NCBI RefSeq assembly: GCF_006345805.1
Contig: NC_043003.1
Coordinates: 37,448,001-37,512,000 of the forward strand
Reading direction: 5' to 3'
DNA length: 64,000 nucleotides
From: Octopus sinensis
Taxonomy: Eukaryota
The position numbers and the translations under genes were made by a program. Position 1 is the stretch's first letter, and each line of letters opens with the position of its first letter. Under the pieces are notes generated by a model. The model searched no databases, was not told the DNA's origin, and saw only the letters and a program-made list of their open reading frames with translations. This document shows positions 25,000-37,530 of this stretch, piece by piece.

Positions 25000-25820
25000 T
25001 CACCTGACAGAATCGTTGACACGTTGGGCAAAATGCTTAGCGGTATTTCGTCTGCCGTTACGTTCTGAGTTCAAATTCTGCCGAGGTCGACTTTGCCTTT
25101 CAACCTTTCGGGGTCGATTAAATAAGTACCAGTTACGCATTGGGGTCGATGTAATCGACTTAATCCGTTAGTCTGTCCTTGTTTGTCCACTCTGTATTTA
25201 GCCCCTTGTGGGTAGTAAAGAAATAGGGATTTCGTCTGTCTTCAGGCGAAAGAGAGGACACCTTAAAAATAGCTAGGAGGCGGGATACTAAGGCAGAGCT
25301 AAATAAAAAGAGCGGGAAACAACTGGAGAAAGGTAGAAAAGCCGGCCCGGAGTTGAAAACAGTAGAGAAAAGAAGTCGATAGCCTAAGCTCTATGGGGAG
25401 CGAAAGGCCTATTTCGATAAGTAATATAGGAATAGGAGTTCTCATATTGAAAAACATACTAGACGGAATAGGGTGTAGTTAATTAGAGTAGCACTAAAAC
25501 CTGACTAATTATTGTTTCTATTGATGAAAATCAAAAGTGACCTCAAGAAGATTTGAACGCAATATCTAATTACGTCTCTTGGTGTAACTAATCAATGAGA
25601 CGTGCTCAAGGCGGCAAGCTGGCAGAATTGTTAACATGCCGGGCAAAATACTTAACGGCATTTCATCCGTTTTTTCGCTCTGAGTTCAAATTTCGCCGGG
25701 GTCGACTTTGCCTTCATCTTTTCAGAATCGATAAAATAAGTATCTGTTGAGTACTAGGATCAATGTAATCGACTCCCACTTCCCCTGAAATTGCTGGCCT
25801 TGTGCCAAAATTTGAAACTG
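25000..25820 (+). mobile_element. Two SINE family A copies (about 25000-25240 and 25607-25820)
   Basis: Head, B-box and body. Confidence 0.8.
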
Positions 25821-28366
25821 ATACAAGACGTTTTTGTGTGCTATTCTTTAGATTCGCTCATACAATTCTTCTAATAAATGAACCTATTGTTAATGCTTCA
25901 AATAAAAGAACGAACAAACAGAACTTTATTTATTCAAAGATCTTGTGAGTTCGTGTTTAAATGAAGTTTTACTGTTTGAACTTTACCTGTCATGCAAATA
26001 TGATGATGTTAATTGAACGTGTCAACATGTCAAAAAAGGCTCGCCAGTAGCTGCCTCTGTCTTGTCACATGTAACTCTTTCCAAGGTGGGTTGTTAGTCT
26101 GATACCTACCGCTTACATCAAATCAATGAGAACGAAGAGATAACTGAGTAGATATGAGGTATTTGTATTTCCATCCATAAATCTGACCGTTTATATCTTC
26201 GGCCAGGAGAAGACGATGGGAAACCACGCCAGTGTAATATTTCCTGTTGTCTCTACGTTGTTATCAGTTTTTCAGTGGTTGACCCACAACACTAACACGT
26301 TAGCAGAACTCTCTGATGGTGATGTATATTTGTTTTGATATTAACCATTTTGATGGTGATGATAATGGTGGTGGTATATATTTTGATGTTCATTTTTGCT
26401 AGGTTTTCTCATATTTCGTGGTGACCACGACACACTTTTTGAATTCATTATTCAAGCAAATGTCTCGACCCACTTATTTTAGTCTCCGTATAGTTTAAAC
26501 TTCTCTCCGTGGTGACGAAAGACTGAAGCCGTTCACATGAATCTGAAATAACATTATTGCATCTAATAAGATTCTACTGCTTTACAATTTATGCCACTCC
26601 ATGCATAAAAGGTAACAGCGCATGCTTAACAGTTAATGTTTTCGGCTCAAAATCGTTCGTTAAGTCGTGGGTTCAATTCTCGGAACGGGTGGCACCTTCT
26701 GTCCTTGAGAAAGTTACTTCATTCTAGGTTGCTCCAGCAGCAGCTGGGCGGATAACCTTGAACGTACAGGTGACTCGTTAAATTCGAATCATTTACTCTC
26801 AGCTTAAACACCTTGACAATAAGGATAGGCTCCGGCCTCATGAGTTTTCAGGTTTGAAAAAAATGGGCGTTTTTGGAACGGGGAAACTTTATGCGGTTTT
26901 TTTTTTTTTAATAAATTAACTAATAAGATTACGAGGTTGTACTTGTTTAGCAAGTGATTTGGTTTGAATCATGTAGAGTTGAAAACGAAGCAGTAACGTC
27001 GTGGAAGAATTTATGATACCCACGGAAAAACACACATAGACATATGCGTAAATGCATATACGGTTTGATGAACTTTTGTTTTACTTTCTTTACGTTCTGA
27101 GTTCAAATCCCGTAGCAAAAGTATTACACATAATTAAATCAAATCACTTTGTCGTACGCCTACAGTTAAGCTACTGACTTAATTCCATTGTATCTTCACT
27201 ACTGTGTCTTCAGTATTGTACCTTCAGTATTGTACGAAGTGTTAGGGGGTCACGTTGTGGCTGTACAATGCAAATAATCTTTGCATTCTATAACAATACT
27301 ACTAAGAAGTAAAAAAAAAGTGAATGTAACAACACACATGCGTTTTAAATAGCTATTGTCATTATAAGGAAAAAAATTTAACCTAAATTATATCAGTACA
27401 GTAGGACCTCACATATGTAATATTGTGAATCGAATAACTTCGACCAGCTATATTATCCATCCAAGTAATTAGTAAATAAAAACGCCCTCTGTTTACACTC
27501 TGAAAAAAAAAACAAAGATCAGTTAACCAAAGTAGTTCTTTAAAGCAAACTGGTTAAAGTAATGGACATGTTTTGGTCATATGAGAACTCTTCAGAGAAG
27601 AGTATTCGACTCACTTAACAAGACAGAAGTTGATCTACATTACTGACTAAAAATTTCAATCAACTGAACTTAATAGTGTTGTTTCCCTTGTTTGCAATTT
27701 TTTTGTATTTTAAACACAGGGTTTTTGTTTACTAATTGTTTGGATAATTTTATTTGGGTACCCTATTGTATTTGTTTTTAGTATGCGAAGCGCCAGCAGA
27801 TGTATTTCTTTGTGTTTATGTAAAACCATATTAGACAAAATCATCAATTTAGATGCAAAAGTACAATAAATCCACTCACATGACTCAAACTACGTGGCTT
27901 TCACCCAGCAAGCGACAAATACATGATTTGAAGAGATAAATACATGGTTCGACTCTTGGTCTGTTTGTCCTTTCTGTCTAAAATTGACGCTCATAGTATC
28001 TAATATAATTTTTCTGGTGTCGCTTTGATAGCATTAATACGACGTGACATGAGCCAACAGAAACGTAAAGACCTAGAAACCATCTTGAATTTCTCTTACA
28101 AGTACCAATCTGATTCTTAGTAATGTCTGATTGGAAGGACATCTTCTACGCGCCCACGAAACTTTAAAACATGCAGCACTGAGTCAAACTGTTATTAAAT
28201 ATGCCATACCAAATGTATACCAAATTAAACTTATACCAAATGTATTGAATTTCTTCTTGAGTTTATTAAAGATATACACATATCTTTGCAAATATGTGTG
28301 CGAGTATATACGTACACATTTACATATAAATGTGTGAGTGTTATTCGTCTCTTTATTTTCTGATAG

Positions 28367-28458
28367 TCCACAGTGACCCAAGCCAACAACAGAAAGAAAG
28401 TCCAAGAAACGGTTTATTGGACAGCGCCAGTTAAGGCAATTGGTCAAATCGTGTTCAA
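28367..28458 (+). CDS. Reeler protein coding exon 3 (STVTQANNRKKVQETVYWTAPVKAIGQIVF)
   Basis: Acceptor TTTTCTGATAG, donor TTCAA|GTAAGT, phase 0 to 2; Reeler WxAP..G.I.F motif. Confidence 0.9.
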
Positions 28459-28595
28459 GTAAGTCCTTCAATTTTGCATTCTATCTCTTCCCCACACCTT
28501 TCTCCATTATAAAATCTGACATCTTATTTGTTTTATACATGCCACACTCTCTCTATCTCTGTCTGTATTACTCTCTTTTCCCCTCTCTCTCCCTC

Positions 28596-28671
<76 letters not shown>

Positions 28672-28732
28672 TGTATGTATGTATGTATGTATGTATGTAT
28701 GTATGTATGTATGTATGTGTGTGTGTATGTGT

Positions 28733-28759
<27 letters not shown>

Positions 28760-28763
<4 letters not shown>

Positions 28764-29075
28764 GAGGCGCAATGCCCAGTGGTTAGGGCAGCGGGCTCGC
28801 GGTCGTAGGATCGCAGGTTCGATTCCCAGACGGGCGTTGTGAGTATTTATTGAGCGAAAACATCTAAAGCTCCACGAGGCTCCGGTAGGGGTTGGTCGCG
28901 ATCCCTGCGGTACTCTTTCGCCACAACTTTCTCTCATTCTTTCTTCTGTTGGCCTGCTCGTTTAGCCAGCGGGGTGACGTCACATAAAGGCTAAAACATT
29001 GCGTAGCGCATTGTGACCAGTGATGTATAGCAACATCTGATACCCTGGTCGGTCACGGTGACTACGGTGATATTT
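28760..29075 (+). mobile_element. tRNA-derived SINE family B
   Basis: Head GGAGGCGCAATG-CCCAGTGGTTAGGGCAGCGG..GGTTCGATTCCCAGAC, following a TA/TATG/TG tract. Confidence 0.8.
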
Positions 29076-29429
29076 ATATGTATATATTGGATTCAGGCAG
29101 TTTCCATCTACCAAATTCTATTTACAAGGATTTTGCTCGTAAGAATGGAGTAACCGACATTATTCACAAATTACGATATAAAATAAATATATAAGTAAAG
29201 GAGATAATTCAGAAAATGTTTCGATTTTATTATGCCCTCATCGGCGAAGCATAGCGCTTGCCGCATTCGAGGTATTTAAAGTATTGATGAGAGAATGAGT
29301 TTCGAAGCAAAAGTACACTTGTTGGTGCAGAAAACAGAAATATTTTGAGAATAAATGAACGCTCAGAGTTGCCTCCCGTATATGTCGAGATAATTTAAGT
29401 TAACTCAGTCAATAGTTATCGCCATTACG

Positions 29430-29656
29430 TTATCGTATTTGTCGGTGTATAAGACGCACTGCCGCATATGACAAACCTCTCCCTTTTTGTGGAAAAAAAA
29501 ATATATTTTGTGGAAACGACAAATTTGATATGTTTCATTATATACTCCTACACTCGGTACTCCATCCGTAAATACGATCGTATTTGAAGCATGGCAATTT
29601 TTTGTTGCTTTTCAGAATAAAAACAAGCACGTCTTATATGCCGGCATAAACGGCAG
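29430..29656. mobile_element. Degenerate pogo/Tc1-type MITE
   Basis: Imperfect inverted ends CGTATTTGTCGGTGTATAAGACGCAC / CACGTCTTATATGCCGGCATAAACGG. Confidence 0.45.
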
Positions 29657-29729
29657 TTGTAACTGTTTTGTCAATATCTATGCCCCGACCCATCCTGCTC
29701 AGTCGTACTACTCATAAGAGTGTGTGTGC

Positions 29730-29975
29730 TCGTGCGCGCGTGTGTGTGTGTGCGGGTATGTTTATTCTGTTATTCTTTTACTTGTTTCAGTCATTTGACT
29801 GCGGCCATGCTGGAGCACCGCCTTTAGTCGAGCAACTCGACCCCGGAACTTATTCTTTGTAAGCCCAGTACTTATTCTATCGGTCTCTTTTGCCGAACCG
29901 CTAAGTGACGAGGACATAAACACACCAGCATCGGTTGTCAAGCAATGCTAGGGGGACAAACACAGACACACAAAC
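29730..29975 (-). mobile_element. SINE family D tail module; also at about 16500-16720, 22630-22830, 47200-47400, 61340-61480, 61600-61800
   Basis: Shared GATAGAATAAGTAC..CCAGCATGGCCGCAGTC.AATGACTGAAACAA sequence. Confidence 0.7.
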
Positions 29976-30861
29976 ACACACGCACACATATATATATATA
30001 TATATATATAAACATATATACGACGGGCTTCTTTCAGTTTCCGTCTACCAAATCCACTCTGTGTGTGTGCATGCATCCACTTTGGTCGGCCCGAGGCTAT
30101 AGAAGAAGACACTTGCCCATGTGCCACGCAGTGGGACTGAACCCGGAACCATGTGGTTGGTAAGCAAGCTACTTACCACACAGCCACTCCTGCGCCTGTG
30201 TGTATTTATGTTTTTATATCTTTATTGATCCCAGTCCCTTGTACTTAACCCATGCAGGGGTAGCGACTTTAAAAGCGTTGAGTAGAACAAATTCCCACAC
30301 CTGTACTTATCCTTGCTGAACCACTAGGCTACGAGGACAAAAACAAGCACAAAGGCGCATGCATACATTCTGTGTGTTTGCGCGTGCATGTACATATGTA
30401 CAGACAAAGAGAGAGAGAGAGAGATGGATGGATGGATGGATGGATGGATGGATGGATGGATGGATGGATGGATGGATGGATGGATGGATGGATGGATGGA
30501 TGGATGGATGGATGGACATATATTATTTAGAGTAAGCAGTTGCATACATACATATATATATATACACACGTATACATATATTATACACTAACATATATAT
30601 ACTTATGTACATTCATATACATATATATTATATATATAATTATATTATATATAATATATATATATATATACACATACACATATATATGCGCATATATATA
30701 TATATATACATACACAAGATACATATATATATATATATATATAACTACATATACACATATGTATACATACATATATAACTACATATACACATATGTACAC
30801 ACATATATATATATATATATATATAACTACATACACACATATGTATACATATATACATACA

Positions 30862-30911
<50 letters not shown>

Positions 30912-31059
30912 CGCGCGCGCGTGTTATTTTTTATTCTACACGGATAGAAATTTAGGAAAAATAGAAGTTGAAAATGCACTGAGGATAGTTCAAATATTTA
31001 GCGGGAAACGTAGAAAAGGCTATAAACTTAATCGTATAAACTTAATTATATATATATAA

Positions 31060-31508
31060 ATATGTATAAAACTTAGATAAAACTTAGATATGTTTCGACC
31101 AGAGATTGGTCCAGGCCATGTCTAACTTAATAGCACCACCTGATAGGATTATTCGAATCCTGTTTAAGTCAAGTTTTGTTCAAGTAGTGAGTTCTTGTTG
31201 GGTGAGTTGTATCCAGTTTTGTTCAAGTAGTGAGTTCTTGTTGGGTGAGTTGTATCCAATTATGGGTGGCTTATCTGGTATTCTTTGAAGGAATCTATCC
31301 AGACTCTGTTTGAAGTTGATGGGATCCTTTTCCTCTTTGATCTCCCTCGGGACAATGTTAAATAGGGCAGGGCCTGTTGAGGAAAAGAAATTATGTTGCA
31401 GTGTACATGTATGTTGTGATCTTGAATTTGGCAGGGGACGTATAGCCCGTGGTCCAAGTCTCGGATGAACCTTGAAGCTAATGTTTAGGTCGTTTGGGCA
31501 AAGTTGGC

Positions 31509-31510
<2 letters not shown>
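31060..31510 (-). mobile_element. L2/Crack/Daphne-like LINE 3' end
   Basis: FFSSTGPALFNIVP..FKQSLDRFLQRIPDKP...GY...NSL, then a 3' stem-loop (GGACCA..TGGTC) and a short repeated tail (TATCTAAGTTT x2). Confidence 0.7.
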
Positions 31511-31563
<53 letters not shown>

Positions 31564-32089
31564 ATATATATACATGTGTGTGTTTGTGTGTGTGTGTGCA
31601 TGTATAGGGAAAATAGAAGTTGAAATGCACTGAGAATAGTTAAAATATTTTTATCAACATATTTACACATATATAACTCAACTATATGCGTGTGCGTCTA
31701 TACAGTTAAGTGGGATTCAAGTAAAAGTCTTGTCGAATGTAGTGCAAAGCACGTCCACAGTTATTGGCTACCTCATGTCATCATACAGACTAGATGCACA
31801 TGCTACTGGATATTCTTAAGGAATTCCATAATTTCCGTTAGAGTTCATGTAAATACATTCTACATCTGTGATGTAACGTAATTGACTACACAACATCTCA
31901 CCCATGATGAAACAATAGGTGCGAAAATACGTCGAAACAATTGTAGTGGTTTTGAAAAAAGAATGTCATCAAGTCCATTTTCTGTCTATTGCATTTATAA
32001 TGTGACTGGTAATGTTTGTTTTTTTCTGCATTTTTCTTTTGTGAAGCTTTCGTGTGTATAAGTGCGAGTGTCACCTATACACACTGAGT

Positions 32090-32590
32090 GAGAAAATGAG
32101 AGAGAAGGAAGAGGACAGGGGGTGGAAGATGAGGTGGAGGAAGAGAAGGAAGTGGAGGAGGGCAGGCTGACGTGAAGGAGGAGGAGGAGGAGGAGGAAGA
32201 AGAAGAAGTGGGGGAGAAGGAGGGGGAGACTGACGTGAAGGAGGAAGAAGAAGACGAAGAGGAGGAGGAGGAAGAAGAAGAAGAAGAAGAAGAAGAGGGG
32301 AAGAGGAGGAGGAGGAGGTGGAAGAAGAAGAAAAGAAGAAGAAGAGGGGAGGAGGAGGAGGAGGAGGAAGAATAAGAAGAGGAAGAGGGGAGGAGGGTGC
32401 GGAAGGGGAGGAGGAAAAGAAGACTGAGGAGAGGAGGAAGCTGAGGGAGAGGAGGAGGAGGAAACTGATGAGGAAGTAGTGGGGAGGAAGAAGAAGAAGA
32501 AGAGGAGGTTGATGTGGAAGAGGATGAGGAGGGGAACGATAAAATGAGAGAAATGTATCAGGATAAAAGAATGAAAGAAAAGGACGGAGA
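32090..32590 (+). repeat. ~500-bp purine-rich (GAG/GAA)n tract
   Basis: Directly visible; source of the poly-E/P/F ORFs. Confidence 0.9.
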
Positions 32591-32887
32591 CCGTATGTGT
32601 GTGCATGTGTGTGTGAGTGTGTGTGTGTGTGTGCTTGTCTCAACAACTGATTAACTACAGCTTGTCTCAACGACTGATACATGAAGCTAGCTTATGGCTC
32701 TTGGACTCGCCCTAGTTGACTCCTAATTAGGCAACATTGTGACTATCCATTAGTAGAATATTTGGAAGAATAACTTATCTGCTACAGAAATGCTTGCATC
32801 TAGCATTTATTACTGGTTCTGTAAACACACCAACATCGGTTGTCAAGTGGTGTGGGGGACAAACACAGACATACACGCACAACACAC

Positions 32888-33251
<364 letters not shown>

Positions 33252-33284
33252 TGTATGTATGTATAAAAAAAATTATGTATAATA

Positions 33285-33315
<31 letters not shown>

Positions 33316-33399
33316 TATTTGAGACAAAACCACTATTTTGCAAAACAAACAAGGAAAGACTTAATCAATACATAAATTTAATAAATAGTCAAAAAACCG

Positions 33400-33441
33400 C
33401 CACTACAATCGTTCTTGTCTTGATCGACAATCTTCAGGTGG
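33400..33441 (-). ncRNA. Hammerhead ribozyme copy in the inverted pLTR (GAAC instead of GAAAC)
   Basis: Reverse complement of 34747-34789 with one A missing. Confidence 0.55.
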
Positions 33442-34746
33442 ACTTCCAATCTAAAAAATCAAAATTTTAAAAATAAAATAATACTTTTAAATAATTAAAG
33501 TATAAATGAAAAAATATAAGTATATAATCCATATATACCTATATATAATCCATATCAAAATATAGACTAATTACCACAAATTCCCTAAAAAAACCATGAT
33601 AAAACAAAACTCTTAAAAACATATAACGATAAAATCTCCCTTTGCTAAACTCTATAACAAACCTATAAGTAAACCCCTAACCTAAACATTCACACACAAA
33701 TACACACACGTAAACCACAGACTCACGACTTATACACATACCTATACTAACTTATAAACCTCAATATACCCAAAACCCACTCCCTCCCCACACAGACAAA
33801 TTACACATACATCCCAAAACCTAAATAACAAACCCATATACACATTCACACACAAAACACACACTCACACGCAAAACACTCACACACAAAAGATACATAT
33901 ACTCCCTCACATATACGCCTATACATACTCACTAAACTCGACATATACAACAATACTTACACACCCACAAAAAACATTATATACATTTATGAGCTTTAAC
34001 TCACCTTAGCATCTCTAACAAACAACTTGCAGTAACCCAATCCCTTCTCTATGCCTACCTCACTACTACACTATTCCATTCACATTCCAAGCAACGCTAA
34101 TGTGAATGGAATAGTGTAGTAGTGAGGTAGGCATAGAGAATGGGATTGGGTTACTGCAAGTGTTTGTTAGAGATGCTAAGGTGAGTTAAAGCTCATAAAT
34201 GTATATAATGTTTTTTGTGGGTTTGTAAGTATTGTTGTATATGTCGGTTTAGTGAGTATGTATAGGCGTATATGTGAGGGAGTATATGTATCTTTTGTGT
34301 GTGAGTGTTTTGCGTGTGAGTGTGTGTTTTGTGTGTGAATGTGTATATGGGTTTGTTTTTTTAGGTTTTGGGATGTATGTGTTAATTTGTCTGTGTGGGG
34401 AGGGAGTGGGTTTTGGTGTATATTGAGGTTTATAAGTTAGTATAGGTATGTGTATAAGTCGTGAGTCTGTGGTTTACGTGTGTGTATGTGTGTGAATGTT
34501 TAGGTTAGGGGGTTTACTTTATAGGTTTGTTATAGAGTTTAGCAAAGGGAGATTTTATCGTTATATGTTTTTAAGAGTTTTGTTTTATCATGTTTTTTTA
34601 GGGAATTTGTGGTAATTAGTCTATATTTTGATATGGATTATATATAGGTTATATATGGATTATATACTTATATTTTTTCATTTATACTTTAATATTTAAA
34701 AGTATTATTTTTATATTTTAAAATTTTGATTTTTTAGATTGGAAGT

Positions 34747-34789
34747 CCACCTGAAGATTGTCGATCAAGACAAGAAACGATTGTAGTGG
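34747..34789 (+). ncRNA. Minimal type I hammerhead ribozyme, 5' pLTR
   Basis: CCAC-CTGAAGA-TTGTC-GATCAA-GACAA-GAAAC-GATT-GTA-GTGG; predicted cleavage after 34785. Confidence 0.7.
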
Positions 34790-35022
34790 CGGTTTTTTTG
34801 ACTATTTATTAAATTTTATGTATTGATTAAGTCTTTCCTTGTTTGTTTTGCAAAATAGTGGTTTTGTCTCAAATAATATTTTATAATATTTTACTATAAA
34901 ATTGGATTTAATCCTAAATCTGATTTTTTTCCCTGTAAATTTGGATATATTCCCTAATATTTATTATTTATATAATATTGATAATTTTGTATATTGAGTG
35001 TAATACCTCAATTTCGCAAATT

Positions 35023-36576
35023 ATGGATTTTACAGGTAAGATAGAACCGCTGTTTTGGGATTCATCTTTGAAAGATATTCCTATTCCTTCTAGAAAGGAA
35101 TTTATCTTGAAACTTGTTTATAATGTTAAAGATTTTATTTCTAGAATTAAATGGAAAGCTTTTTACTATAATTTTTATTTATTTAATGATATTGATAGTA
35201 GGAATGATAATTATACCTCTAAATTTAAATCTAGAAAGGAACCTCCATTTAATAAAGAATTACAATTACTTGAAGATAGTATATGGAAGGTGGTAAAAAA
35301 TATTGAATTCCATAAATACCCAAATAGAAATAATGAATATTTAAGGAATTTAGCAATTAAAATTAAAGATATGAGAAATATGGATAGTATTATAGTACAA
35401 TCTGATAAAACAAGGAACTTATATAAATTAGATGTTAAATTATATGATAAACTATTAGGGAAAGAAATAATAAAATATAAAATTGTTCCAGATGATATTC
35501 TTTATAATATTAATAAGGCCTCTAAAGTAGTAATGTTAAAATATGAGTTGGATATAAAACTGAACCTTATGTACCTTTGCACCCCAGAATTACTCTTAAA
35601 GACCATAAAGATAATTTTTATTCAGACCCTAAAGTTAGATTAATTTGCCCATGTAATCGGACCTAGGTAAATTAAGTAAATTATTTTAGATAAATATATT
35701 GATAAGTTAAATAAACTTAATTATTTAAAATTATGGTTTAGTAATAATAATACATTGAAATGGTTTAATAATATTAAAGATAAAAATCGTTATAAATTTA
35801 TTCAAATAGATATAGATAATTATTATTCTTCTATTAATGAAATTGTGTTTAATAAAGCGCTTATTTTCGCAATGAATAAAGTGGGCATGTCACGGGAAGA
35901 AGTTAATGTAATTAAATTGGCTAGGAAATCGCTAATTAAATATAAAAATAAATTATGGGCTAGGAATGATACTAGAGATTGTTTTGATATACCTATGGGA
36001 GCACCAGATTCTGCACAGGCTACTGATTTAGTAGGTATTTTTCTTTTATCTGAACTCCAATTAGAAAATCTTAAGATAGAGGGTGGTTTATATAGAGACG
36101 ATCTTCTACTAGTTACAAAGAATTGTACTAATAGGAATCTAGAAGTATATAAGAAAAAACTATATAGTTTCTTTAAAAGATATGGTTTACGTATTACTAT
36201 ATATAAGGAGAATTATAATGTTAATTATTTAGATGTTAATTTTAATCTTATTACAGGTAAAACACAACCATATCATAAACTTAATGAGAACCTTAGATAT
36301 ATAAATGTTAATAGTAATCACCCATTTTCTATTAAAAAATCGTTGATTAATAATATAAGTAAACGTATTTCATTACTCTCTTATGATATAGAGATTTTTA
36401 ATAAACATGCTAATTATTATAATGAGGCCCTTAGAGGGGCAGGTTATAATAAGAATATTAAATTTTATAATATTAGCGATAATGATTTAAATGATAATTT
36501 TCGAGATACTTCTAATAATAATTATAATTTTGTTACGTTTAGTGGTAAAAATAATAGATATATTATAAAAAAATAA
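35023..36576 (+). pseudogene. PLE reverse transcriptase, interrupted by single-base frameshifts at about 35575-35690
   Basis: IPIPS..FISRIKWKA, DKT motif, ITLKDHK, FIQIDIDNYYSSI, FDIPMGAPDS, LYRDD, YLDVNF, SNHP. Confidence 0.9.
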
Positions 36577-37049
36577 TAAAATGATGATAAAAATATAAAT
36601 AAGAATAAATAATAATAATAAATATAATAATAATAATATAAATAAGAATAATAAAATAAATAAATTTAATAATTATTATAATAATTATATTGATAAATTT
36701 AATAATATTAATAATTCCTTAAATGCTGTACATAGATATAATTCTGATAATAATTTTAATAAAATAAAGAATTATAAATATATTTATAATAATGATAATA
36801 ATAATAAGGTTAATAAGAATAAAATTTGGTTAATAGTTCCTTATGGAGATCAAGTTAAAACGAATATTATTAAAGAGATTTTAGATGTTATAGAACTATT
36901 TATTAGAGATAATCGTAAATATAGAAACATTTTCTCTTTTAATAATTTTGGAGTTGGTTACTCTACCACTAATAATGTTGGTAACATTATTTCTTCATTT
37001 AATAAATATAAACTGAATAATTTTTATAAAAGAAATTATTTGATAATAA

Positions 37050-37530
37050 TATTAATAATGATAAGACTTATATTAATTGTACATGTAGAGATAAATCTAA
37101 TTGTATATTAAATAATAATTGTGATATTAACGATGTAGTGTATAAATGTATAGTTACATTACATGATAATAACTTTAAGAATAATAATTACACAAAAGCG
37201 GTTTATATAGGTTCTACTTCCTCAAAAATAAAACTAAGAATTGCACAACATATGAATTCTTTTAAAAATAAAAACTTAATCAACTCAACCGGACTTAGTA
37301 AGTATATTTGGAGTCTTAAATCACTAAATATTAATTATAGTTTAATATGGGAAATAATTTGTAAAACTAAATCATATAATATAGGAGCTAATTGTTGTTA
37401 TTTATGCTCTAATGAGTTTAAAGAAATTTTATTTTATAAGTATGATAATTTACTTAATACTGGGGAGGAGCGCAAAATAAAATGTAGACACAAGTTACTT
37501 TACTTATATAATAAGTTTCATGATAAATAG
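37050..37530 (+). CDS. PLE Cys-rich linker and GIY-YIG endonuclease (C-terminal part of the same ORF)
   Basis: CTCRDKSNCILNNNC, VVYKC..VYIGST..KLRIAQH, LSKYIW, CYLC, LLN, CRHK, stop at 37530. Confidence 0.9.

Noticed and set aside
26402-26480. GFLIFRGDHDTLFEFIIQA, resembling a Reeler strand
   Set aside because: Runs into a stop with no donor; the real exon 2 at 24808-24956 already fills this position.
28760-28835. tRNA-like sequences here and at 6530-6610, 10425-10495, 43460-43535
   Set aside because: They are SINE heads continuing into repeat bodies, with no intact cloverleaf or acceptor stem.
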